From the IMG/VR virus record IMGVR_UViG_2693429748_000020: a DNA stretch of 4,691 bases. The stretch is one strand, 5' to 3'. Position 1 is the first letter of the stretch, and every line of letters starts with the position of its first letter. Below, in pieces: positions 1-4,538 of this stretch. This DNA comes from a virus (lineage: Duplodnaviria; Heunggongvirae; Uroviricota; Caudoviricetes). The notes under the pieces were generated by a model. The model was not told the origin of the DNA. It saw only the letters and a program-made list of their open reading frames with translations, and ran no database searches. Both the position numbers and the translations under genes were made by a program.

Positions 1-73
1 CAAAGTGATCTACTATTCCGCGCAGCTATTTAGGAGTAGAGCGATAACGTGTTTTAATTCTGTCTCGTTCATT

Positions 74-133
74 TTACTCACCTGACACGCCACATACCAG
101 AGATTCGTTGTTGCCAAGATCGATAGTATTCAT
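74..133 (-). pseudogene. ydfA-like small prophage gene, copy A, with a 96-bp in-frame internal deletion (19 codons left versus 51 in copy B)
   Basis: Minus-strand ATG at 133..131 and the following 13 codons match copy B (MNTIDLGNNESLV). Window 62-85 and 101-175 align to 2525-2548 and 2660-2733; copy B 2549-2644 is absent, and the ~15 bp right of the junction (86-100 vs 2645-2659) is diverged. The frame is preserved and ends at the same TAA (76..74). Confidence 0.4.
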
Positions 134-313
134 GTTGACCCCATTTCCCCTTAACGCCGGGTGGCGGAACGTTTTATCTACTGCGCTTTGTATCAATCAA
201 CAACTGCCGTCATGTTCGTATGCCTCAGGCTGGCTACTTAGCCCTGTTCAGTGACTGGATAACTCGAGGTATTGTCCTGCCGTTCTCTGGTGGGGCGTTG
301 TTTGGATATGCTT

Positions 314-342
314 ATTAAACACAATTTGTTTTCTTGTGTCAA
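314..342 (-). promoter_or_regulatory. PL-like sigma70 promoter of cassette A reading toward ydfA (-35 TTGACA, 17-bp spacer, -10 TTTAAT)
   Basis: On the minus strand: TTGACA (revcomp of 337-342), 17-nt spacer, TTTAAT (revcomp of 314-319). It lies downstream of the repressor A terminator and upstream of the ydfA remnant, the position lambda PL occupies relative to cI. Confidence 0.45.
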
Positions 343-355
343 CACGCAATGTGTT
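318..355. promoter_or_regulatory. Two operator-like dyads of the CAC-N5-GTG family (OL-A) overlapping the PL-like promoter
   Basis: AACACgcaatGTGTT at 341-355 is a perfect 5-5-5 dyad. AACACaatttGTtTT at 318-332 has one mismatch. Centres are 23 bp apart, the same spacing as the sites between repressor A and cro A. Confidence 0.4.
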
Positions 356-384
356 TTATGGTGAGTGTCATATGATGATGCTAC

Positions 385-408
385 AAAAAAGCCCGCTGAT
401 AGCGGGCT
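385..408 (-). terminator. Rho-independent terminator downstream of repressor A
   Basis: Minus-strand transcript reads AGCCCGC-TATCA-GCGGGCT followed by TTTTTTG (7-bp GC-rich stem, 5-nt loop, T tract), 30 nt after the repressor stop at 439. Confidence 0.7.
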
Positions 409-438
409 GATTGGCATATTACTGTGATAGCAAGATCA

Positions 439-858
439 TTATTCCGGTGGGGGATTATCTTTAATCCTGCCTCTCAAATATTTTTCTACATACTCATCGA
501 TTTCTTTTAGCCGGACTTCAAATAGCTCAATCATTCGTTGTTGTTCTGAGCCCGGTAGCTGGTTAAACAACTCAAGAAGTTTTCGTTGGGATTCATTTAA
601 CCACAATTCAGAAGATTCCTGTTCTCCAAAGAGGAGCTCAGGAGGAGATATGCCAAGTGCCTTTCCCAATACGACAGCGTCATGTACTCCAACATTTCTG
701 CTGCCCGCCTCATAGTTACCTATACGCGATTGCGTCCATCCGCAGATTTCAGCAAGTTTTCCTTGAGATAAACCAAGCTTCTGCCTGCGCTCTTTAAGAC
801 GCATTGCAATTTTGTCATTGAGCCTACTAGCGGCAATTTTTTCGTTTTCTTTTTCCAT
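439..858 (-). CDS. Phage repressor A: XRE-family HTH, DicA-like architecture without an S24 peptidase domain (139 aa)
   Basis: ORF with RBS AAGGA 5 nt before the ATG. HTH segment QKLGLSQGKLAEICGWTQSRIGNYEAG. C-terminal motif LLELFNQLPGSEQ parallels LLQLFDALPESEQ in the DicA-like repressor at 2895-3302. Divergent from a Cro-like gene and followed by a terminator. Confidence 0.85.
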   Translation of the reverse strand: MEKENEKIAASRLNDKIAMRLKERRQKLGLSQGKLAEICGWTQSRIGNYEAGSRNVGVHDAVVLGKALGISPPELLFGEQESSELWLNESQRKLLELFNQLPGSEQQRMIELFEVRLKEIDEYVEKYLRGRIKDNPPPE

Positions 859-869
859 TGCATCCTTGT

Positions 870-930
870 ATCACGAATCGTGATTTACATAAAACACAAA
901 ACAGCTTGGCTATATAACACAAGGTGTGTT
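870..930. promoter_or_regulatory. OR-A: three evenly spaced operator-like sites (CAC-N5-GTG family) between repressor A and cro A
   Basis: ATCACGAaTCGTGAT at 870-884 is a perfect 7-1-7 dyad resembling lambdoid operators. AACACAaggTGTGTT at 916-930 is a 6-3-6 dyad. A degenerate half-site AACAC sits at 893-897. Centres fall at about 877, 900 and 923 (23-bp spacing). Confidence 0.45.
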
Positions 931-954
931 TAAAATTGTCATCGGAGGTTTTCA

Positions 955-1197
955 ATGAACAAAATTTCAACATATCGAAAACAGCTTGGGCTGTCTCAAA
1001 GACAACTTGCTGTTCAGTTAGGGTGGATACAAAGCCGACTGGCAAATTACGAAGCAAATTTTCGTACCCCTGGACTAGAGGAGTGCAGAAAAATTGTTTC
1101 TACCCTTAATCGGCTTGGCGCTCATTGTGGACTTGACGATGTATTCCCCCCAGACGGTAAGCATAGCGAAAACAGCATAGGAGCGGTTGATTCATGA
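955..1197 (+). CDS. Cro-like XRE-HTH regulator of cassette A (80 aa)
   Basis: RBS GGAGG 6 nt upstream. HTH KQLGLSQRQLAVQLGWIQSRLANYEA closely parallels the repressor A HTH (LGLSQ..LA...GW.QSR..NYEA). Divergent from the repressor; stop overlaps the next gene start (ATGA at 1194-1197). Confidence 0.8.
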   Translation: MNKISTYRKQLGLSQRQLAVQLGWIQSRLANYEANFRTPGLEECRKIVSTLNRLGAHCGLDDVFPPDGKHSENSIGAVDS

Positions 1198-1463
1198 AAA
1201 TCAGGCATGAGCACATCGAATCAGTGTTGTTAGCCCTGGCAGCCGAAAAAGGGCAGGCGTGGGTCGCTAACGCAATTACTGAAGAATATCTGCGCCAGGG
1301 GGGCGGCGAATTGCCCCTTGTACCAGGCAAGGACTGGAACAATCAGCAGAATATCTATCACCGTTGGTTGAAAGGTGAAACGAAAGCGCAAAGGGAAAAA
1401 ATTCAGAAACTGATCCCTGCGGTTCTGGCAATTCTTCCGCGCGAGCTGCGTCACCGACTCTGA
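1194..1463 (+). pseudogene. ydaT: YdaT-like (CII-analog) gene, copy A, 3'-truncated at the IS junction
   Basis: The first 88 codons are ~98% identical in nucleotides to the intact 140-codon copy at 3590-4012. Identity ends at 1462; from 1463 the sequence is the IS orfB interior, and the TGA at 1461-1463 is created by the junction. Confidence 0.7.
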
Positions 1464-2122
1464 TTTTTCAGCGTTCCCCAGAAGCTTTCCATCGGAGCGT
1501 TGTCGTAACAGTTACCTTTACGCGACATTGATGTTTTCAGACCAGACTGCTCCTGTATGACCCGGTAATCGTATGCGCAGTACTGTGAACCTCGATCAGA
1601 GTGGTGGATTAGCCCGGCAGGTGGGCGCTGGCTCCTGAGCGCCATAAACAGGGCTTTACCTGTCAGCTCTTTTGTCATGCGCTCTCCCATGGCGTAGCCG
1701 ACAATTTCGCACGTATAAACATCTTTGATGCCAGCGAGGTACAACCATCCCTCCTGTGTGGCAACATACGTCAGGTCCGCCACCCAGACCTGATTTGGTG
1801 CTGTAGGAGCGAACGTCTGGTTCAGCAGATTTGGCGCAACTGGCAGATTGTGGTTCGAGTTCGTAGTCGCTCTGAACTTGCGTTTCTGCTTACAGCGTAG
1901 CCTTAGCTCCTTACGAAGACGTGCCAGTCGGTCACGACCAACGATGATGCCATTCTCTGCCAGCTCCGTCTGGAGCCGCCGGGTTCCATATGTTTCGCGA
2001 GTGCGGATATGTGCCACCTTAATCTCCAGTTTTAGCCGCTCATCACTTTGTTTTCTGTCTGAGGGTTCATGCTGTACCCAGTTGTAATAACCGCTCCTGG
2101 ATACACCAAATACCTGACACAT
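1451..2122 (-). CDS. IS3-family transposase OrfB (DDE integrase-like catalytic domain), C-terminally truncated
   Basis: DDE-region motifs are present: WVADLTYV, HHSDRGSQY and CYDNAPMESFWGTLKN. The last codons (QSR-stop, 1451-1462) are read from flanking prophage DNA. The frame stays open upstream to the slippery site at ~2209, consistent with an OrfAB fusion. Confidence 0.8.
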   Translation of the reverse strand: MCQVFGVSRSGYYNWVQHEPSDRKQSDERLKLEIKVAHIRTRETYGTRRLQTELAENGIIVGRDRLARLRKELRLRCKQKRKFRATTNSNHNLPVAPNLLNQTFAPTAPNQVWVADLTYVATQEGWLYLAGIKDVYTCEIVGYAMGERMTKELTGKALFMALRSQRPPAGLIHHSDRGSQYCAYDYRVIQEQSGLKTSMSRKGNCYDNAPMESFWGTLKNQSR

Positions 2123-2157
2123 CGCTTCAATGGGAAATTGTTGTCGCCATTGTTCGA

Positions 2158-2460
2158 TTAACGCGTATTTTTCAGCGACTCCTGTGCAAAATACGCTGTT
2201 GCTTTTTTTAATATATCTCGCTCAAGGCGAGCTTCATTTAACGCCTTACGCAGTTGCAGAATTTCAGATTCCAGTTCAGCCACCGTGCGGGAACCAGGAG
2301 TACCGAGCCCTTTTCTGGCGGCGGTAACCCATTGTCCTAAAGTGCCTTCAGGAAGAGATAATCGGGAAGCGCCTTCACTGATCGAAAGTTGATTTTCAAG
2401 AACCGTTCTGACAGCTTCGGCTTTGAACTCTTTAGAGTAACGTTGGGTTTTTCTGCTCAT
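2158..2460 (-). CDS. IS3-family OrfA (HTH plus leucine-zipper transposase subunit, 100 aa)
   Basis: Protein MSRKTQRYSKEFKAEAVRTVLENQLSISEGASRLSLPEGTLGQWV...LESEILQLRKALNEARLERDILKKATAYFA shows the typical IS3-family OrfA HTH and heptad leucine repeat. Confidence 0.9.
   Translation of the reverse strand: MSRKTQRYSKEFKAEAVRTVLENQLSISEGASRLSLPEGTLGQWVTAARKGLGTPGSRTVAELESEILQLRKALNEARLERDILKKATAYFAQESLKNTR
2203..2209 (-). other. Putative programmed -1 ribosomal frameshift site (A AAA AAA G) linking orfA to orfB
   Basis: A run of seven A on the minus strand lies in the orfA codons TTA-AAA-AAA-GCA. A -1 shift here reads into the orfB frame (..KKSNSVFCTGVAEKYALIEQWRQQFPIEAMCQVFGVS..). This is the standard IS3-family arrangement. 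Confidence 0.5.
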
Positions 2461-2536
2461 TATTAGCTCCTTCTGATGCCATTCTATTTCAGGAAGGAGT
2501 GTCCGTTAAACTCAGGCTACCTCAGTCTCGTTCATT

Positions 2537-2692
2537 TTACTCACCTGAATGTCTTCCCAACCAACGACGTGCGCCAGCTTCGGTTTTAAACGTTTTGCTT
2601 TTGGTATACGTCATGGCGGTGAATGTGCCGTCCTGGTTGGGGAACACGCCGTACACCAGAGATTCGTTGTTGCCAAGATCGATAGTATTCAT
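2537..2692 (-). CDS. ydfA: ydfA-like small prophage protein, copy B (51 aa from the internal ATG; the ORF track extends to a GTG at 2746)
   Basis: The ATG at 2692..2690 is preceded by a G-rich RBS-like stretch (AGGGGAAATGGGG). Product MNTIDLGNNESLVYGVFPNQDGTFTAMTYTKSKTFKTEAGARRWLGRHSGE. It lies directly downstream of the DicA-like repressor in the same orientation, as ydfA does relative to dicA in E. coli K-12 Qin (recalled). Confidence 0.55.
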   Translation of the reverse strand: MNTIDLGNNESLVYGVFPNQDGTFTAMTYTKSKTFKTEAGARRWLGRHSGE

Positions 2693-2768
2693 GTTGACCC
2701 CATTTCCCCTTAACGCCGGGGTAGCGGAACTGTTTGCTGAGAACACCGTGCGGTGTCTTGATGAATGA

Positions 2769-2798
2769 AATTTAGAATAACCTAAGGTGGGCGGTCAA
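2769..2798 (-). promoter_or_regulatory. Candidate PL-like promoter of cassette B reading toward ydfA (-35 TTGACC, 18-bp spacer, -10 TAAATT)
   Basis: Minus strand: TTGACC (revcomp of 2793-2798) and TAAATT (revcomp of 2769-2774). The -10 is weak. An operator-like TTAG-N6-CTAA site overlaps it. Confidence 0.3.
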
Positions 2799-2821
2799 GG
2801 TTTTTGTGTAGAAAAACCTAA
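2772..2821. promoter_or_regulatory. OL-B: operator-like TTAG-N6-CTAA sites downstream of the DicA-like repressor
   Basis: TTAGaataacCTAA at 2772-2785 is a perfect 4-6-4 core. gTAGaaaaacCTAA at 2808-2821 has one mismatch. Same core and spacer as the three sites between dicA-like and dicC-like. Confidence 0.35.
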
Positions 2822-2894
2822 GTTTTTTGATGTAAAAAACACAAGTGTTTGAAAGTTTGTGCTTTTTATTACAGGGTGTGGAGAAAAAAGGGGA

Positions 2895-3302
2895 TTATTT
2901 GTTTGCGCTTCTTTTGCGAGCTTTGAGTAGTTCTTCAAAAAGTTTGTTGAAATTTTCAACTCGAGCACGCATCTCTGACAACAGGGCCTTTTGCTCTGAC
3001 TCAGGCAGTGCGTCGAACAGTTGAAGTAACTCTTTTTGATCTTCTGTCAGAATGGCTGGCTGATTATCCGGGATCGGTTCGCCTGGTTGTTTATCTTCAT
3101 CCCCAAAAAGAAGCCAAGTCGGTGAGCACTGAAGCGCTTGGCTCAGTGCGAATAATCTTTTCCCCGCCGGCTGTGTTTCATCTCTTTCCCATTGAGAAAT
3201 TGTTACGTGAGCCACTTTGACCAGCTTACCTAATGCGGCCTGAGACAGTTTTAATTTTTTACGCCTATGTAAGAGGCGAGCACCGAAGGTTTCGTTTTTC
3301 AT
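2895..3302 (-). CDS. dicA: DicA-like prophage repressor (XRE-HTH, 135 aa, no S24 peptidase domain)
   Basis: Strong recalled similarity to E. coli Qin DicA across the C-terminal two-thirds (LFALS..LQCSPTWLLFGDEDKQP...LLQLFDALPESEQ...EMRARVENFNKLFEELLKARKR). The N-terminal HTH is diverged. Divergent from a DicC-like gene. Confidence 0.9.
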   Translation of the reverse strand: MKNETFGARLLHRRKKLKLSQAALGKLVKVAHVTISQWERDETQPAGKRLFALSQALQCSPTWLLFGDEDKQPGEPIPDNQPAILTEDQKELLQLFDALPESEQKALLSEMRARVENFNKLFEELLKARKRSANK

Positions 3303-3368
3303 ATTAGGGAATTCTAATTTTTCTTGACTTAGGTTTCTCTACGATCTAGTTTCCTTAGGAAAATCTAA
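3303..3368. promoter_or_regulatory. OR-B: three evenly spaced operator-like sites (TTAG-N6-CTAA) between dicA-like and dicC-like
   Basis: ATTAGggaattCTAAT at 3303-3318; TTAGgtttctCTAc at 3329-3342 (one mismatch); TCCTTAGgaaaatCTAAGGA at 3352-3371 (perfect 7-6-7, core 3355-3368). Centre-to-centre spacing is 25-26 bp, as for lambdoid OR1-OR3. Confidence 0.5.
3324..3352 (+). promoter_or_regulatory. Candidate dicC-like (Cro) promoter (-35 TTGACT, 17-bp spacer, weak -10 TAGTTT)
   Basis: TTGACT at 3324-3329 and TAGTTT at 3347-3352, overlapped by the middle and right operator-like sites. RBS AAGGAG sits 7 nt before the ATG at 3379. Confidence 0.35.
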
Positions 3369-3378
3369 GGAGCTCGAT

Positions 3379-3606
3379 ATGTTGAAAATTGATGCTATAG
3401 CGTTTTTTGGCAGCAAAACAAAGCTTGCCAATGCCGCAGGAGTTAGGCTGGCAAGCATTGCTGCATGGGGGGAACTGGTTCCTGAAGGTCGCGCGATGCG
3501 CCTGCAAGAGGCATCTGGCGGGGAACTTCAGTACGACCCCAAAGTTTATGACGAATATCGTAAGGCAAAACGACCTTGGAAGGTGATTCATGAAAATCAG
3601 GCATGA
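3379..3606 (+). CDS. dicC: DicC-like Cro-type regulator (75 aa)
   Basis: Strong RBS. Divergent from the DicA-like repressor. Product has an HTH-like segment (SKTKLANAAGVRLASIAAW). Resemblance to E. coli DicC is from recall. The 3' end overlaps the ydaT-like start by 17 nt. Confidence 0.75.
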   Translation: MLKIDAIAFFGSKTKLANAAGVRLASIAAWGELVPEGRAMRLQEASGGELQYDPKVYDEYRKAKRPWKVIHENQA

Positions 3607-4012
3607 GCACATCGAATCAGTGTTGTTAGCCCTGGCAGCCGAAAAAGGGCAGGCGTGGGTCGCTAACGCAATTACTGAAGAATATCTGCGGCAGGGGGGC
3701 GGCGAATTGTCTCTGGTACCAGGCAAGGACTGGAACAATCAGCAGAATATCTATCACCGTTGGTTGAAAGGTGAAACGAAAGCGCAAAGGGAAAAAATTC
3801 AGAAACTGATCCCTGCGGTTCTGGCAATTCTTCCGCGCGAGCTGCGTCACCGACTCTGCATCTTCGATACCCTGGAACGCCGTGCATTACTGGCGGCGCA
3901 GGAAGCGTTGAGTACGGCAATTGATGCGCATGATGATGCTGTCCAGGCCGTTTACCGGAAAGCACATTTCAGCGGTGGTGGGTCGCCCGGCGATTCTGTC
4001 GTAGTGCATTGA
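3590..4012 (+). CDS. ydaT: YdaT-like protein (CII functional analog of Rac/CP-933P-type prophages), intact copy, 140 aa
   Basis: 140-codon ORF with RBS GGAAGGTGA, immediately downstream of the cro-like gene. Length and position match YdaT (recalled). Its first 88 codons are duplicated at 1194-1462. Confidence 0.75.
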   Translation: MKIRHEHIESVLLALAAEKGQAWVANAITEEYLRQGGGELSLVPGKDWNNQQNIYHRWLKGETKAQREKIQKLIPAVLAILPRELRHRLCIFDTLERRALLAAQEALSTAIDAHDDAVQAVYRKAHFSGGGSPGDSVVVH

Positions 4013-4056
4013 TTGAAATTAATCGTGCCGGATTGTTTTGTTCGGTATCAGTTAAA

Positions 4057-4077
4057 TGTAACGCTGCGAGCGTTACA
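4057..4077. repeat. Palindrome 1 of 3: tGTAACGCT-gcg-AGCGTTACa (perfect 9-3-9), 13 bp upstream of the replication gene start
   Basis: Perfect dyad read directly from the sequence. It abuts the RBS AGGTGA (4078-4083) of the gene starting at 4090. Confidence 0.6.
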
Positions 4078-4089
4078 AGGTGAAAACAA

Positions 4090-4431
4090 ATGGCTTCAAA
4101 CTGGATAAAGCTCGAGGTTATTACGCCGGATAAGCCGGAAATATTCAGGCTTGCTGAGATTCTGAATATTGATCCAGATGCCGCATTAGGGAAGGTTATT
4201 CGCTTCTGGGCATGGGCGGATCAACAAATGATAGACGGTAATGCAGATTGTAACGCTCGCGGCGTTACAAAAAGTGCAATAGATCGCATCACTTTTATGT
4301 CTGGTTTTGCTGATGCGTTAATTCAGGTTGGATGGCTGGTCGAAAATGACGGTGGGCTTTCTCTACCTAACTTTGAACGTCATAACGGAAAAAGCTCTAA
4401 AAAAAACGGGCGGTTACAAACGAGCGAGTAA
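4090..4431 (+). CDS. Replication initiator, N-terminal domain (phage replisome-organizer-like); frame ends prematurely at 4431
   Basis: RBS AGGTGA 7 nt upstream. The N-terminus MASNWIKLEVITPDKPEIFRLAEIL...FWAWADQQMIDG resembles the N-terminal domain of phage replisome organizer / O-like proteins (recalled). The gene position after the CII analog fits a lambdoid layout. Confidence 0.65.
   Translation: MASNWIKLEVITPDKPEIFRLAEILNIDPDAALGKVIRFWAWADQQMIDGNADCNARGVTKSAIDRITFMSGFADALIQVGWLVENDGGLSLPNFERHNGKSSKKNGRLQTSE
4249..4269. repeat. Palindrome 2 of 3: tGTAACGCT-cgc-gGCGTTACa (one inner mismatch), inside the replication gene
   Basis: Same 8-bp arms as 4057-4077 and 4459-4477. Lies in the coding sequence (codons D-C-N-A-R-G-V-T-K). 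Confidence 0.55.
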
Positions 4432-4458
4432 CAAAAATACGCGAACTGAAACGAAAAG

Positions 4459-4477
4459 GTAACGCTGCCAGCGTTAC
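4459..4477. repeat. Palindrome 3 of 3: GTAACGCT-gcc-AGCGTTAC (perfect 8-3-8), with an extra half-site AGCGTTAC at 4493-4500
   Basis: Read directly. The lone half-site repeats the right arm 23 bp downstream. The site lies just 3' of the 4431 stop, in the only frame that stays open. Confidence 0.55.
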
Positions 4478-4502
4478 ACAAACGGATCAAAAAGCGTTAC
4501 CA

Positions 4503-4538
4503 GAGGAAGAGGAAGAGGAAGAGGAAGAGGAAGAGGAA
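4503..4538 (+). repeat. (GAGGAA)6 perfect tandem hexanucleotide repeat encoding a 12-residue poly-Glu tract
   Basis: Six perfect GAGGAA units read directly from the sequence. They are in frame with the open linker frame of the replication gene. Confidence 0.9.

Larger units (their letters stand above)
1463..2524 (-). mobile_element. Defective IS3-family insertion sequence (IS600-like by recall), right end deleted
   Basis: orfA plus orfB in the -1 frame with slippery A7G. The left terminus on the minus strand begins TGAGGTAGCCTGAGTTTAACGGACAC (revcomp of ~2499-2524). The orfB 3' end and right inverted repeat are missing: IS sequence stops at 1463 where the ydaT-like homology begins. About 1062 bp remain. 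Confidence 0.85.

Noticed and set aside
827-1109. ORFs 827-1057 (-) and 924-1109 (+) from the six-frame track
   Set aside because: They overlap the well-supported repressor A and cro A genes and the operator region, have no RBS and give low-complexity or Cys-rich products. Treated as shadow ORFs.
1106-1454. ORFs 1106-1342 (-) and 1230-1454 (-), and their duplicates 3355-3738 (-), 3626-3850 (-), 3672-3965 (-)
   Set aside because: All are antisense to the cro-like and ydaT-like genes. They recur in both copies only because the underlying DNA is duplicated.
1848-2327. ORFs 1848-2087 (+) and 2130-2327 (+) inside the IS element
   Set aside because: Antisense to IS orfA/orfB, Arg/Ser-rich and without RBS. 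These are shadow frames of the transposase genes.
2743-2756. ACACCG-TG-CGGTGT palindrome in the ydfA-B leader as a nut/boxB-like hairpin
   Set aside because: The loop is too short for a stable RNA hairpin, and there is no equivalent in the copy A leader and no boxA-like element.
2499-2768. ORF 2499-2768 (+), 89 aa
   Set aside because: It starts inside the IS terminal repeat, crosses the IS/prophage junction and runs antisense to ydfA, so it is not a plausible gene.
2838-2849. AACACaaGTGTT palindrome in cassette B as a repressor A-type site
   Set aside because: The spacer is 2 bp rather than the 5 bp of cassette A sites, and it sits in AT-rich sequence where such dyads arise by chance.
3008-3220. 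ORF 3008-3220 (+), 70 aa
   Set aside because: Lies entirely antisense within the DicA-like repressor gene, with no start context.
4399-4406. A8 run as a programmed ribosomal frameshift or transcriptional slippage site in the replication gene
   Set aside because: A second independent frame change is needed about 170 nt downstream to reach the conserved C-terminal domain. Two programmed shifts in one gene are implausible, so indel pseudogenisation or homopolymer sequencing error is preferred. Not fully excluded.
4503-4538. GAGGAA tandem repeat as a CRISPR array or iteron cluster
   Set aside because: The units are 6 bp with no spacers and translate in frame as poly-Glu, so this is a coding microsatellite.
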